From positions 42,378,430 to 42,442,429 of the forward strand of contig NC_090399.1 in assembly GCF_036365525.1 (NCBI RefSeq): 64,000 nucleotides of DNA, in the 5' to 3' direction. Below the pieces are notes generated by a model that was not told the origin of the DNA, ran no database searches, and saw only the letters and a program-made list of their open reading frames with translations. Positions 48,895-63,214 of the stretch are shown piece by piece. Made by a program: the position numbers and the translations under genes. Every line of letters begins with the position of its first letter. Within the stretch, counting starts at the first letter, position 1. The stretch comes from Heterodontus francisci (lineage: Eukaryota).

Positions 48895-51780
48895 CATACA
48901 AATTAGGAGCAGGAGTAGGACACATGGCCTATCGAGCCTGCTCTGCCTTTCAATAAATTCATGGCTGAACTGATTACTCCACATTTCCACCTACCCTCGT
49001 TAACCTTACACCTCCTTTCTTATCAAGAATCTATCCACCTCTGCCTTAAAAATATTCAAAGACTCTGCTTCTACCACCTTTTGAGGAAGAGAATTCCAAA
49101 AACTCAGAACGCTCTGCGAGAAAAAAATTCTCCTCATCTCTGTTTTAAACAGTGACCCCTGGTTCTCGATTCTTCCACAAGGGGAAACATCCTTTCCACA
49201 TCCACCCTGTCAAGACGCCTCAGGATCTTGTATGTTTCAATCAAGTCACCTCTTACTCTTCTAAATTCCAGAGGATACAAGCCTAGCCTGTCCAATCTTT
49301 CCTTGTAAGACAGCCCACCCATTCCAGGTATTAGCCTAATAAACCATCTCTGTACTGCCTCCAATGCATTTACATTCTTCCTTAAATAAGGAGACTAGTA
49401 CTGTACACAGTATTCCAGATGTGATCTCACCAATGCCCTGTATAGCTGAAGCATAACCTCCCTACTTTTGTATTCAATTCCCCTCGTGATAAACAATAAC
49501 ATTCTATGAGGTTACGTGCTGTACCTGCATACGAACACTTTGTGATTCATGCACTAGGACACCCAGATCTCTCTGCATCTCAGAGCTCTGCAATCTCTCA
49601 CCATTTAGATAAATGCTTCTTTTTTATTCTTCCTGCCAAAGTGGACAATTTCCCACTTTCCCACATTGTACTCCATTTGCCAGGTTTTTGCCCACTCATT
49701 TAATCTATCTATATCCCTTTGTAACCTCCTTATGTCCTCTTCACAAGTTACTTTCCTACCTATCTTTGTGTCATCAGCAAATTTAGCAACCATACCTTCA
49801 GCCCCTTCTTCTACGTCATTTAGATAAATTGTAAAAAGTTGAGGCCTCAGCACAGATCCCTGTGGCACACCACTCGTTACATCTTGCCAACCAGAAAATT
49901 ACCCATTTATGCCTATTCTTTGTTTCCTGTTCGCTAACCAATCTTGTATCCATTCCAATATGTTACCCCCTACTCTATGAGATTTTATTTTCTGCAATAA
50001 CCTTTGATGCGGCATCTTTTCAAATGCCTTCTGGAAATCTAAACACAATACATCCACAGCACATGTAACTCCCTCAGAGAACTCCAATAATTTGGTTAAG
50101 CATGATTTCCCTTTCACAAAACCATGTTGACTCTGCCTGATTACCTTGAATTTTTCTAAATGCCCTGTTATAATGTCTTTAATAATAGCTTCTAATATTT
50201 TCCCTATGACAGATGTTAAGCTAACTGGCCTGTAGTTTCCTGCTTTCTGTCTCCCTCCCTTTTTGAATAAAGGAGTTACATTCGCTATTTTCCAACTAAT
50301 GGAACTTTCTCCAAATCTATGGAATTTTGGAAAATTAAAACTAACCCATCAACTATCTCACTAGCCACTTCTTTTCAGATCTTAGAATGAAGTGCATCAG
50401 GACCAGGGGCCTCGTCAGCTCACAGCTCCTACAATTTGTTCAGTACCACTTCCCTAGTGATCGTAATTTTCTTGAGTTCCTCCCTCCCTTTTATTTCCTG
50501 ACTGACAGCTAATACTGGGATGTTACTTGTATCCTCAATAGTGAAGATTGATGCAAAATACCTGTTCAATTCATCTGCCATCTCCTTATTATCCAATAAT
50601 AATTCCCCAGACTCACTTTCTATAGGACCAATGCTCAATTTTTTAAACTTTTTTTTTGCTATCCATAGAAACTCTTACTATCTGTCATTATATTTCCAGT
50701 TAACTTTCTCTCATACTCTAATTTTAGCTTCCTTATCAATCTTTTAGTCATTCTTTGCTGTTTTTTTTATATTCTGTCCAATCTTCTGACCTGCCTCCCT
50801 CCCATCTTTGCACAATTATAGGCTTTTTCTTTAAGTTTGATACTATCTTTAACTGTTTTAGCTAACTACGGATGGCAGGTCTCACCCTTGAAATTTTTCT
50901 TTCTCATTGGAATGTATCTATTCTGTATATTCTGAAATATCTCCTTAAATGTCTACCACTGCCTCTCTATTGACCTATCCCTTAACCTGATTTACCAGTT
51001 CACTTTAGCTAGTTCTGCTTTCATGCCCTCGTAAATGTCCTTATTTAAGTTTAAAATACTAGTCTCATACCCACTCTTCCCTCCCTCAAACTGAATATAA
51101 AATTCAATCATATTATGATCGCTGCTACCTAGGGGCGCCTTAACTATGAGGTCATTAATTAATCCTATCTTGTTGCACAATACCAGGTCTAGTATAGCCT
51201 GTTCTCTGGTTGGTTCCAGAATGTTTTGTTCCAAGAAACTATCCCGAAAACGTTCTATGTACTTCTCATCTAGGCTACCTCTGCGCATCTGATTTTTCCA
51301 GTCTAAATGCAGGTTAAAATCCCCCATAATTATCGCTGTACCTTTCTGACAAGCTGCCAATATTTCTTCCTTTATGCCCTATCCTACAGTGTGCTTAATG
51401 TTAGGTGACCTGTACACCACTCCCACAAGTGACTTCTTGTCTTTATGATTTCTCATCTCTACCCAAACTGCTTCTACATCCAAGTCTCCTGAACTTAAGT
51501 CATCTCTCTTAATTGCGCTAATCCCATCATTAATTAACAGAGCTACCCCTCCACCTTTTCCTAGCTTCCTGTCCTTCCTAAATGTCATGTATCCTTCAAT
51601 ATTCAGGTCCCAATCTATGTCGTCCTGCAGCCATGTCTCTGTAATGGCTATCAGATTTACTTATTTACTTATTTCTATTTGTGCTCTCAGTTCATCTGTT
51701 TTGTTTTGAATGCTACGTGCATTCAGATACAGAGCCTTTAGTTGTGTCCTTTTATTATTTGTGTAACCTCTAGCTTTATC
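48895..51780 (-). mobile_element. CR1 LINE, most of ORF2 (EN+RT), decayed
   Basis: FRKDRKLGKGGGVALL, IMGDFN, LGSSDHN, PQGSVL, KFADDTK, 3' tail at ~48900. Confidence 0.93.
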
Positions 51781-51784
51781 CTTT

Positions 51785-53085
51785 AGGAACATAGGAAAAT
51801 AGGAACAGGAGTAGGCCATTCAGCCCATCGAGCCTGCCCTGCCATTCAATATGATCATCGCTGATCATCCACTTCATTGCCTTTTCCACACTATCCACAT
51901 ATCCCCTTATGTCATTTGTATTTAGCAATCTGTCAATCTCTGCTTTAAACATACTGAATGACTGAGCTTCCACAGCCCTCTGGGGTAGAGAATTCCAAAG
52001 ATTCAAAACGCGCTGAGGACAGAAATTTCTCCTCATCTCTGTCCTAAGTGGCTTCCCCCTTATTTTGAAATTGTGTCCCCTGGTTCTAGACTCCCCAACC
52101 AAGGGAAACATCTCATCTATCGCTTTAAGTATTTTGTAGGTTTCAATGAGATCACCTCTCATTCTTAGAAACTCTAGAGAATACTGGCCCAGTTTCCCAA
52201 TCTCTCTTCATAGGACAGTCCTGCCATCCTGGGAACAAGTCTGGTGAATCTTTGTTGCACTCCCTCTATAGTAATAATATCCTTCCTAAGGTAAGGGGAC
52301 CAAAACTGCACACAGTACTCCAGGTGCAGTCTAACCAAGGTTCTATACAATTGAAGAAAGAATTCACTGCTCCTGCACTGAAATCCTCTTGTGATAAAGG
52401 TTAACATACCATTAGCCTTCCTAATTGCTTGCCACACCTGCATGTGAGCTTTCAGTGACATATTGACAAAGACACCCAGATCCCTTTGTAAATCTACACT
52501 TTCTAATCTATCATTTAAGAAATACTCTGCACATCTATATTCCTCCTAACAAAGTGGATAACCTCACATTTTTCCACATTATATTCCATCTGCCACGTTC
52601 TTGCTCACTCACGAAGTCTGTTCAAATCTCCTTGAAGCCGCTTTGCATCTTCCTCACGACACATATTCCCACCTAGTTTTGTGTCATCCATGAACTTGGA
52701 AATACTACATTTTGTCCCCACATCCAAATCATTATTATACATTGTGAACAGCTGGGGCTCAAGCACTGACCCCTGTGGTATCCCACTAGTCACAGCCTGC
52801 CAACGAAAGAATGACCCGTTTATTCCTACTCTCTGTTTTCTGCCTGTTAACCAATCCTTAATCCATGCTTAATCCTGATCGCCATATATTACCTCCTATC
52901 CCATGTGCTGTAATTTTGCAAACCAATCTCCTGTGGGGGACTTTATCAAAAGCCTTCTGAAAATCCAAATATACCATGTCCACTGACTCGCCTTTGTCAA
53001 TTCTGTTAGTAACATCCTCAAAAAACTCCAACAGGTTCTTCAAACATGATTTCCCATTCATAAATCCATGTTGACTATGCCAAAT
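51785..53085 (-). mobile_element. CR1 LINE 3' portion
   Basis: YLDFQKAFDKVPH, GIPQGSVL, LEYCVQFWSP, NLWNSLP. Confidence 0.93.
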
Positions 53086-53089
53086 AAAT

Positions 53090-53900
53090 CAAACACAATG
53101 AAATGATTCCTCATGATTCAGGCTCAAGTGTGCTGTCCGAATGCAAGTTTGTCATTCAGACACCAATACTAACAAAACTATCAATGCAAATAACTATTAC
53201 CGTTATACAATAGATTCATACAATCTATTTCTTGCAACCCGAAGATGATAAAAACTTGTAGAAGTTATCCCTTTGATTGTCCTATGTGCTCTCCTGATGT
53301 TGTCCCTCCAGCTGACTTGTGTGTTCTCCCTCCAACAAAGGGCTGTCTCCTGATATTTCTGCACCCTTTTTTTGTGAGTTCTATTACATGGTGCTCAGAA
53401 TGTTTATTGAAGTGAGTCCCTACTTTACAAAGTGTCCTGGATGTCCTAAACAATCCCAAATAGTTAAGTGATACTGCTTGGGTGCTTCCATTGTTCTGGG
53501 TAATATCCGATACTCGCACCTTGACATGGGATGTAGCCAACATGTCTGATATAGTTGCTACTTACATTGTTCTGATTAATCTCTGTTAACCAAAATCCAA
53601 ATTCTGATAATCAGATTATCAGCTCACGTAAATTCAAACATTCCCCCCCATGAACCTTAGTTGTCAAACTCTGGTTCATTGATTTTGAGTACAGCTCTCA
53701 GCCTGATCAACTTGAGTCTACAAACTTACCAATTACACAGCACCAACTTATCTACTAATAATTTTACAGACTCTACTAATGGTGTGTGAGCTTTTTATAC
53801 TCATGGGGATCCTCCAAAAGGCCCCCATAAGTAGGCAGGTCTTGCCGGACCTGCAGCTGATCCACCAACCGCCGACGCACGCTGTTCATATGTATCCAAG
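53090..53900 (-). mobile_element. Possible LTR-element fragment (polypurine tract followed by TG start)
   Basis: Minus strand GGGGGGGAA|TGTTTG at 53649-53635; TATAAAA at 53799-53793; no recognisable coding domain. Confidence 0.3.
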
Positions 53901-54609
53901 CAATAATAGTCATAGAGTCATATAGTTATACAGCACTGAAACAGGTCCTACAGCCCATCGTGTCTGTGCCAGCCATCATCAACCTATCTATTCTAATCTC
54001 ATTTTCCAGCACTTGGCCCGTAAACATGTCCAGCCAAGTAGCTGTGAAACGGGACAAGTGCATATCAATCTCATTAAGTGGTCATTGCTGATAAATACAC
54101 AGCAAAGAATCATGAATCTGGAGCCCCTTGAATGACAATGAAAATGACCTAAACCAGGCTCAAGGTACCATCATGGAAGGGCAGTTAGGTAACGACTGAC
54201 CAATCAGATGAACAGACATCAGGGCTTTCCTAATATGGCACAGAACCAAGCTGGGAAAATGTATAAAGAAAGAGCTTTTAAGATCCCAAATGTACGCATC
54301 ATCATCAAGAAGAGAAGATAGAAAATCAACCTCAAACAAGGGACAAGTTAACTGGAGGTTGAGGACCAGTGTTCCATCATGAACACAACTGCTGACCACT
54401 GCCCTTTGCTAAGTATCACGATTTTGTGCTTATTGAGGAAAACTTAATAAAGTCTGTGAAGCCTGTGAAAGCACCCTCGTAACCATGTGGTTTTGTAGCT
54501 AATCTGAGCTGGAAGTCCCTTTTAGATCAACTGTCCCAACTGAGACTGTAATTGTAATTGAGCCAAGTCTTACAATTAAATTAAAGCAAACCCTAGATCT
54601 TACAAGAAC

Positions 54610-54763
54610 CCTTCCCATCCCAAACATTAGGAAAACCCATCAATCCCACTCCCCAAACACAAGCAAAACCCATCAGTCCCACAAACACCAGCAGCAAAAC
54701 CCATCAAACCCACTCCCCAAATACAAGCAAAACCCATCAGACCCCAAACACCAGCAAAACCCA
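54610..54763. repeat. ~31-bp minisatellite, piece 1 (continues at 57183-57473 and 63381-63461)
   Basis: ccccaaacaccagcaaaacccatcagac units. Confidence 0.85.
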
Positions 54764-55110
54764 TGTTACAACCAGTTGCGAAAGGTGTCTAGGGGTCTGT
54801 TACTATCTTCACCTGGTCTTATTGTAACAGGGTTTAATTTTAAACAAAGTGTTTTGAGCTCCCCCTTTGTGAATCCTTGTTCTCAGTTTTCCAATAACAC
54901 AACAGAGAAACCAATTCACACAGGCTTTCTCAAGTTTAAAGAAGAAAGATGAAATGTCATCAAACCATAAAACTTAAACTATAATACGGTTCACGCCTAC
55001 GGATATAAAACATGCCCACACTGGCATGAACACACGATACACACATGCAAATAGGGAGAGTAAAGAGAAGAAAAGATAAGGTGGAACAGTTTGAAGCAAT
55101 ATCTTGTTAC
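54764..55110 (-). mobile_element. Truncated LTR-like fragment
   Basis: Starts TGTTACAACC, the antisense of a ...ggttgtaaca end like those of the other LTRs. Confidence 0.45.
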
Positions 55111-57182
55111 AGTGCTGTAACAATCTGTAACGTCATGGACCAGCATATCCCCCACTCTGCCATTACCATCAAGACAGGGGACCAACCCTGGTTCAATGAA
55201 GAGTGCAGAAGGGCATGCCAGGAGCAGCACCAGGTATACCTCAAAATGAGGTGTCAACCTGGTGAAGCTGAAAGCCAGGGCTACTTGCATGCCAAACAGC
55301 ATAAGCAGCATGCGACAGATAGAGCTAAGTGATCCTGTAACCACCGGATCAGATCTAAGCTCTGCAGTCCTGTCACATCCAGTCGTGAATGGTGGTGGAC
55401 AATTAAATTACTAACAAGAGGTGGCTCCACAAATATCCCCATCCTCAATGATGGGGGAGCACAGCACATCAGTGGGAAAGATAAGGCTGAAGCATTTGCA
55501 AAATTTCAGCCAGAAGTGCCGAGTGGATGATCCGTCTCGGCCTCCTCCTGAAGTCCCCAGCATCACAGATGCCAGTCTTCAGCCAATCCGATTCACTCCG
55601 CGTGATATCAAGTAACGGATGAAGGCATGGGATACTGCAAAGGCTATGGGCTCTGACAATATTCCGGCAATAGTACTGAAGACCTGTGCTCCAGAACTAG
55701 CTGCACCCCCAGCCAAGCTGTTCCAGTACAGCTACAACACTGGTATCTACCCTGCAATGTGGAAAATTGCCCAGGTATATCCTGCACAAAAAACAGGACA
55801 AATCCAACCCAGACAATTATTGTCCCATCAGTCTACTCTCGATCATCAGCAAAGTGACGGACGGTGTCACTGACAGTGCTATCAAGCGGCACTTGCTTAG
55901 CAATAACCTGCTCAGTGATGCTCAGTTTGGGTTCCACCAGGGCCACTCAGCTCCTGATCTCATTACAGCCTTGGTTCAAACATGGACAAAAGAGCTGAAC
56001 TCCAGAGATGAAGTGAGAGTGACTGCACTTAACATCAAGGCAGCATTTGATCGAGTATGGCATCAAGGAGCCCTAGCAAAACTGGAGTCAATGGGAATCA
56101 GGGAGAAAACTCTCCACCGGTTGGAATCATACTTAACGCAAAGGAAGATGGTTGTGGTTGTTGGAGGTCAATCATCTCACTCCAGAACAGCACTGCAGGA
56201 GTTCCTCAGGCTAGTGTCCTCGGCCCAACCATCTTCATCTGCTTCATCAATGACCCTCCTTCAAATTATAGAGTCAGAAGTGGGGATGTGCACTGATGAT
56301 TGCACAATGTTCAGCACCATTCACGACTCCTCAGATACTGAAGCAGTCCGTGTAGAAATGCAGCAAGACCTGGACAATATCCAGGCTTGGGCTGATGAGT
56401 GGCAAGTAACATTTGCGTCACACAAGTGCCAGGCAATGACTATCTCCAACAAGAGAGAATCTAACCATCTCCTCTTGACATTCAATAGCATTACGATCGC
56501 TGAATCTCCCACTATCAACATCCTGGGCGTTAACATTGACCAGAAACTGAACTGGAGTAGCCATATAAATACCGTGGCTACAAAAGCAGGTCAGAGGTTA
56601 GGAATCCTGCGGCGGGTAACTCACCTCTTGATTCCCTAAAGCCTGTCCACCATCCACAAGGCACAAGTCAGGAGTGTGATGGAATACTCTCCAATTGTCT
56701 GGATGGGTACAGTTCCAACAACACTCAAGAAGCTCGACACCATCCAGGACAATGCAGCCCGCTTGATTGGCACCCCATCTACAACATTTTCTCCCTCCAC
56801 CACCGATACACAGTGGCAGCAGTGTGTACCACCTACAAGATGCACTGCAGCAACACATCAAGGCTGCTCAGGCAGCACCTTCCAAACCCATGACCTCTAC
56901 CACCTAGAAATACAATGGCAGCAGATGCATGGGAACACCACCACCTGCAAGGTCCCTCCAAGCCACACACCATTCTGGCTTGGAACTATATCGCCATTCC
57001 TTCACTGTCATTGGGTCAAAATCCTAGAACTCCCTTCCTAACAGCACTGTGGGCGTACCTGCCCAACATGGACTGCAGCGGTTCAAGAAGGCAGCTCACC
57101 ACTGCCTTCGCATGGGCAAATAGGGATGGGTAATAAATGCTGGCCTGGCCAGTGATGCCCACACCCTGTGAAATGAATGAAT
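55110..57182 (+). mobile_element. Second CR1-like LINE family, 5'-truncated ORF2 with (GAAT)n tail
   Basis: NYCPISLLSIISK, QFGFHQGHSAPD, IKAAFDRVWHQG, GVPQASVLGP, MEYSPIVW; tail gaaatgaatgaataaa. Confidence 0.93.
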
Positions 57183-57473
57183 AAACCCATTCCCCAAATA
57201 CCAAAAATACGCATCAGACCGACTCCCCAAACACCAGCAAAACCCATCAGACCGACTCCCCAAACACCAGCAAAACCATCAGACCTCCAAACACCAGCAA
57301 AACCCATCAGACCCCCAAACACCAGCAAAACCCATCAGACCCCCAAACACCAGCAAAACCCATCAGACCCCCAAACACCAGCAAAACCCATCAGACCCCC
57401 AAACACCAGCAAAACCCATCAGACCCCCAAACACCAGCAAAACCCATCAGACCCCCAAACACCAGCAAAACCA
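57183..57473. repeat. ~30/31-bp minisatellite, piece 2
   Basis: Tandem cccaaacaccagcaaaacccatcagacc. Confidence 0.95.
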
Positions 57474-59635
57474 CTCTTGCAAACACACGAATTAAGAGCA
57501 GGAGTAGGCCACTCGGCCCCTCAAGCCTGCTCCGCCATTCAACAAGACCATGGCTGATCTGATTGTAACCTCGACTCCACATTCCTGTCTCCCCCCAACA
57601 ACCTTTCACCCCCTTGCTCTTAAAATATTCAAAGACTCTGCTTCCACCGCCTTTTGAGGAAGAGAGTTCCAAAGACTCACGATGGTCTGAGAGAAAAATA
57701 AGTTCTCATCTCTGTCTTAAATGCGTGACCCCTTATTTTTGAACAGTGGCCCCCTAGTTCTAGATTCTTCCACAAGAGGAAACATTATTTTCACATCCAC
57801 CCTGTCAAGACCCCTCAGAATCTTATATGTTTCAATCAAGTCGCCTCTTACTCTTCTAAACTCCAGCAGATACAAGCCTGGCCTGTCCAACATTTCCTCA
57901 TAAGACAACCCAGGTGTTTGTCTCGTAAACCTTTTCTGAACTGCTTCCAACGCACTTACATCCTTCCTTAAGTAAGGAGATCAATACTGTACACAGTACT
58001 CTAGATGTGGTCTCACCAATGCCCTGTGTAGCTAAAGCATAACCTCCCTACTTTTTTGTTCAATTCCCCTCACGATAAATGATAACATTCTATTAGCTTT
58101 CCTATTTACTTACTGTACCTGCATACTAACCTTTTGTAATTCATGCACTAGGACACCCAGAACCCTCTGCATCTCAGAGCTCTGCAAAATCTCACCATTT
58201 AGATAATACGCTTCTTTTTGATTCTTCCTGCCAAAATGGACAATTTCACATTTTTCCACATTATACTCCATTTGCCAGATCTTTTCCCACTCACTTAACC
58301 TATCTATATCCCTTTGTAGCCTCCTTATGACCACTTGACAACTTACTTTCCTACCTATCTTTGTGTCATCAGTATATTTAGCAACCATACTTTTGGTCCC
58401 TTCATATAAGTCATTTATATAAATTGTAGAAAGTTGAAGCCCCAGCACTGAACCCTGTGGCACACCACTCGTTACATCTTGTTAACCAGAAAATGACCCA
58501 TTTATGTCTGCTCTCTGTTTCCTGTTAGCTAGCCAATCTTCTATCCATGCCAATGTTACCCCCTACACCAAGAGCTTTTATTTTCTGCAATCACGTTTTA
58601 TATGGCATCTTTTCAAATGCCTTCTGGAAATCTAAGTACAGTACATCCACCGGTTCACCTTTATCCACAGGACATGTTACTTCTTCAAAGACCTCCAATA
58701 AATTGGTTAGACATGATTTCCCTTTCACAAAGCCATGTTGACTCTGCCTGATTACCTTGAATTTTTCTAAGCGCAGTCATAACATCTGTAATAATAGCTT
58801 CTAACATTTTCCCTAAGACAGATGTTAAGCTAATTGGCCTGTAGTTTCCTGCTTTCTATCTCCCTCCCTTTTTGAATAAAGGAGTTACATTGGCTATTTT
58901 CAAATCTAATGGAACCTTCCCCGAATCTAGGGAATTTTGGAAAATCAAAACCAACACATCTGCTGTCACACTGGCCACTTCTTTTAACACCCTAGGAGGA
59001 AGGCCATCAGGACCTGGGGACTTGTCAGCTCGCAGCTCCAACAATTTGCTCAGTACTACTTCCTTGGTGATTGTAATTTTCTTGAGTTCCTACCTCCCTT
59101 TCATTTCTTGATTTACAGCTACTTCTGGAATGTTACTTGTATCCTCTATGGTGAAGACCGAAGCAAAATATTTGTTCAATTCATCTGCCATCTCCTTATT
59201 TTCCCTTATTAATTCACCAGATTCACTTTCTATAGGACCAACGCTCAGTTTAACTCTTTTTAAAAAATATCTATAGAAACTCTGACCATCTGTTTTTCAT
59301 ATTTCTTGCCAGCTTTCTCTAGTACTCTAACTTTTCCCTCCTTATTAATCTTTTAGTCATTCTTTGCTGCTATTTTATATTCTGTCCAATCTTGACCTGC
59401 CACTCATCTTTGTGCAATTTTATGCTTTTTCTTTAAGTTTGATACTATCTTTAATGTTTTTAGTTAACCACGGATAGTGGGTCCTCCCCTTGGAATTTTT
59501 CTTTCTCGTTGGAATGTATCTATTCTGCGTATTCTGAAAAAAGCCCTTAAATGTCTGCACTGCATCTCTATTGACCTATCCCTTAACCTACTTTGCCAGT
59601 TCACTTTTGCTAGCTCTGCTTTCATTCCCTCATAT

Positions 59636-62600
59636 AAACATAGAAAATAGGAGCAGGAGTAGGCCATTCGGCCTTTCGAGCCTGCTTCGCCATTCATTAT
59701 GATCATGGCTGATCATCCAACTCAGTAGCCTGTTCCGGCTTTCGCCCCATATCCTTTGATCCCTTTAGACCCAAGAGCTATATCTAACTCCTTTTTGAAA
59801 ACATACAATGTTTTGGCCTCAACTGCTTTCTGTGGTAGTGAATTCCACAGGCTCACCACTCTCTGGGTGAAGAAATTTCTCCTCACCTCAGTCCTGAAAG
59901 GTTTACCCTGCATCTTTAGACTATGACCCCTGGTTCTGGACTCCCCCACCATCAGGAACATCCTTCCTGCATCTACCCTGTCAAGTCCTGTTAGAATTTT
60001 ATAGGTTTCTATGATATCCCCCCTCACTATTCTGAACTCCAGCAAATATAATCCGAACCGACTCAATCTCTTCTCAGACGTCAGTCCCGCCATCCCAGGA
60101 ATCAGTCTGGTAAACCTTCACTGCACTCCCTCTATAGCAAGAACATCCTTCCTCAGATAAGGAGACCACAACTGCACACAATATTCCAGGTGTGGCCTCA
60201 CCAAGGCCCTGTATAATTGCAGCAAGACATCCCTGCTTCTGTACTCGAATCCTCTCGCTATGAAGGCCAACATAGCATTTGCCCTTTTTACCGCCTGTTG
60301 CACCTGCATGCTTACCTTCAGCGACTGGTGTATGAGAACAGCCAGGTCTCGCTGCATATTCCCCTCTCAGTTTATAGCCGTTCAGATGATAATCTGCCTT
60401 CCTGGTTTTGCTACAAAAGTAGATAACCTCACATTTATCCACATAATACTGCATCTTCCATGCATTAGTCCACTCACTCAACTTGTCCAAATCACCCTGA
60501 AGCCTCTCTGCATCCTCCTCACAACTCACCCTCCCACCCAGTTTTGTGTCATCTGCAAACTTGGAAATACTACATTTAGTTCCCTCATCTAAATCATTAA
60601 TGTATATTGTGAATAGCTGGGGTCCTAGCACCAATCCCTGCGGTGCAACACTAGTGACTGCCTGCCATTCGGAAAGAGACCCATTTATTCCTACTCTTTG
60701 TTTCCTGTCTGCCAACCAATTTCCTATCCATCGCAATACACTACCCCCAATCCCATGCGCTTTAATTTTACTTGCTAATCTCTTATGTGGGACTTTGTTG
60801 AAAGCCTTCTGAAAGTCCAAATAAACCACATCCACTGGCTCCCCCTCATTAACTCTACTGGTTACATCCTCAAAGAATTCTAGTAGATTTGTCAAGCATG
60901 ATTTCCCTTTCGTAAATCCATGCTGACTCAGCCTGATTCTACCAGTGTTCTCTAAGTGGTCTGCTATAAAATCTTTGATAATGGACTCTGGAATTTTCTC
61001 CACTACCAGCGTCAGGCAGACTGGTCTATTATTCCCTGCTTTCTCTCTACTTCCCTTTTTGAAATAGTGGGTTGACATTAGCTACCCTCCAATCTGTAGG
61101 AACTGTTCCAGAGTCTACAAAGTCTTGGAAGATGACCACCAATGCATCCACTATTTCTTGGGCCACTTCCTTAAGTACTCTGGGATTTCTCTACTAATAC
61201 TGATTTCCTTCAGTTCCTCTCTGTCACTAAGCGATGTATTGCCCAACATTTCTAGTATGATATTTGTGTCCTCCTTTGTGAAGACAGAACCAAAGTATGC
61301 ATTTAGTTGGTCAGCCATTTCTTTGTTCCCCATAATAAATTCCCCCGTTTCTGACTGTAAGGGACCTACATTTGACTTCACCATTCTTTTTCTCTTCACA
61401 TACCTATAGAAACTTTTACAGTCAGTTTTTATGTTCCCTGCAAGATTGCTTTCGTATTCTATTTTCCCCTTCTTAATCAATCCCTTGGTCCTCCTTTGCT
61501 GAATTCTAAACTGCTCCCAATCCTCAGGTCTGTTGTTTTTCCTGGCAAATTTATATGTCTCTTCCTTGGATCTAATGCTATCTCTAATTTCCCTTGTAAG
61601 CCATGGTTTGGCTACATTTCCCAGTTTACTTTTGCGCCAGACAGGAATAAACAATTGTTGCAGTTCATCCATGCGCTCTTTAAATGTTTGTCATTGCCTA
61701 TCCACCATCATCCCTTCAAGTAACGCTTCCCAATCTGTCATGGCTATCTCGCGCCTCATACCTTCGTAGTTTCCTTTACTAAGATTCAGGCTCCTAGTCT
61801 CAGAATCAACTACGTCACTCTCCATCTTGATGAAGAATTCTATCATATTATGGTCACTCGTCCTCAAGTGGTTTCACACCACTAGATTGTCAATTATTCC
61901 TCTCTCATTACACAATACCCAGTCTAGGATGGCCTGTTCTCTGGTTGGTTCCTCAACGTATTGGTCCAGAAAACCATCCCGTATACACTCCAAGAATTCC
62001 TCCTCTACGGTATTGTGACGAATTGATTTGCCCAATCTATATGCAGATTAAAATCACCCATAATTACAGATGTTTCTTTATCGCATACATCTCTAATTTC
62101 CTGTTTAATGCCATTCCCAACGTCACCACTACAGTTTGGGGGTCTATATACAACCCCCACTAACGTTTTTTGCCCCTTAATGTTTCTCAGCCCTACCCAT
62201 ACAAGATTCCACATCGTCAGAGCAAATATCTTTCCTCACTATTGCATTAAATTTCCTCTTTAACCAGCAATGCAACTCCACCGCCTTTTGCTTTTTGTCT
62301 GTCCTTCCGAAATACTGAATTTCCCTGGATGTTCATTTCCCATCCCTGGTCACCTTGCAGCCATAACTCCGTAATCCCGACTATATCATACCCGTTTACA
62401 TCTATTTGCGCGACTAATTCATCCACTTTATTGCGAATGCTCCGCGCGCTAAGACACAAAGCCTTAAGGCTTGTCTTTTTAACATTACTTGTCCTCTTCC
62501 CACTATTTTTCACTGTGGCCCTGTTTGATTCTGACCCTTGATTTCTCTGCCTATCACTTTTCTTATTCCCTTTACTGTCTTTTGTTCTTTTCTTTGATTC

Positions 62601-62705
62601 CCCCTCTGAGTCCTTGAAAAGGTTCCCATTCCCCCCTGCCCTTTTAGTTTAAACCCTCCCCAACCACTCTAGCAAATACTCCCCCGAGGACATCAGTCCC
62701 GGTCC
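59636..62705 (-). mobile_element. Younger CR1 spanning ORF2 and the ORF1 C-terminus
   Basis: ORF1 end GTDVLGGVFARVVGEGLN*; SARSIRNK, VGITELWL, MGDFN, YLDFQKAF, KFADDTK; 3' tail at 59640. Confidence 0.93.
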
Positions 62706-63046
62706 TGCCCTTATTTAAGTTTAAAATACTTGTGTTGGAGCCATTCTTCTCTCTTTAACACTTAATGTAAAATTCAATCATATTATGATTGCTGCTGCCT
62801 AGGTGCGCCTTCACTATGAGGTCATTAATTAATCCTATCTCATTGCACAATACCAGGTGTAGTACAGCCTTGTCTCTGGTTGGCTTCAGAATGTGCTGTT
62901 CTAAGAAACTATCCCAAAAACAATCTATGAACTCCTCATCAAGGCTACCTTTGCCCATCTAATTTTTCCAATCTATATGTAGATTCAAATCCCCCATGAT
63001 TATCATCATACCTTTCTGACAAGCACCCAGTATTTCTTCCTTTATA

Positions 63047-63214
63047 AAAACAAGAAACCCTAACCCTAACTCTTCTTCTTGAGTTCTGAAGAAGGGTCAC
63101 TGACCTGAAACATTAACTCTGCTTCTCTCTCCACAGATGCTGCCAGACCTGCTGAGCATTTCCAGCGTTTCTTGTTTTTATTTCAGATTTCCAGCATCCA
63201 CAGTATTTTGCTTT
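63047..63214 (+). mobile_element. Penelope pLTR fragment with 16-bp TSD, short inverted 5' tip and telomeric filler
   Basis: TSD tatttcttcctttata at 63031-63046 and 63215-63230; aaaacaagaaa is the inverse of 63168-63178; ccctaaccctaac at 63058-63070. Confidence 0.9.
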
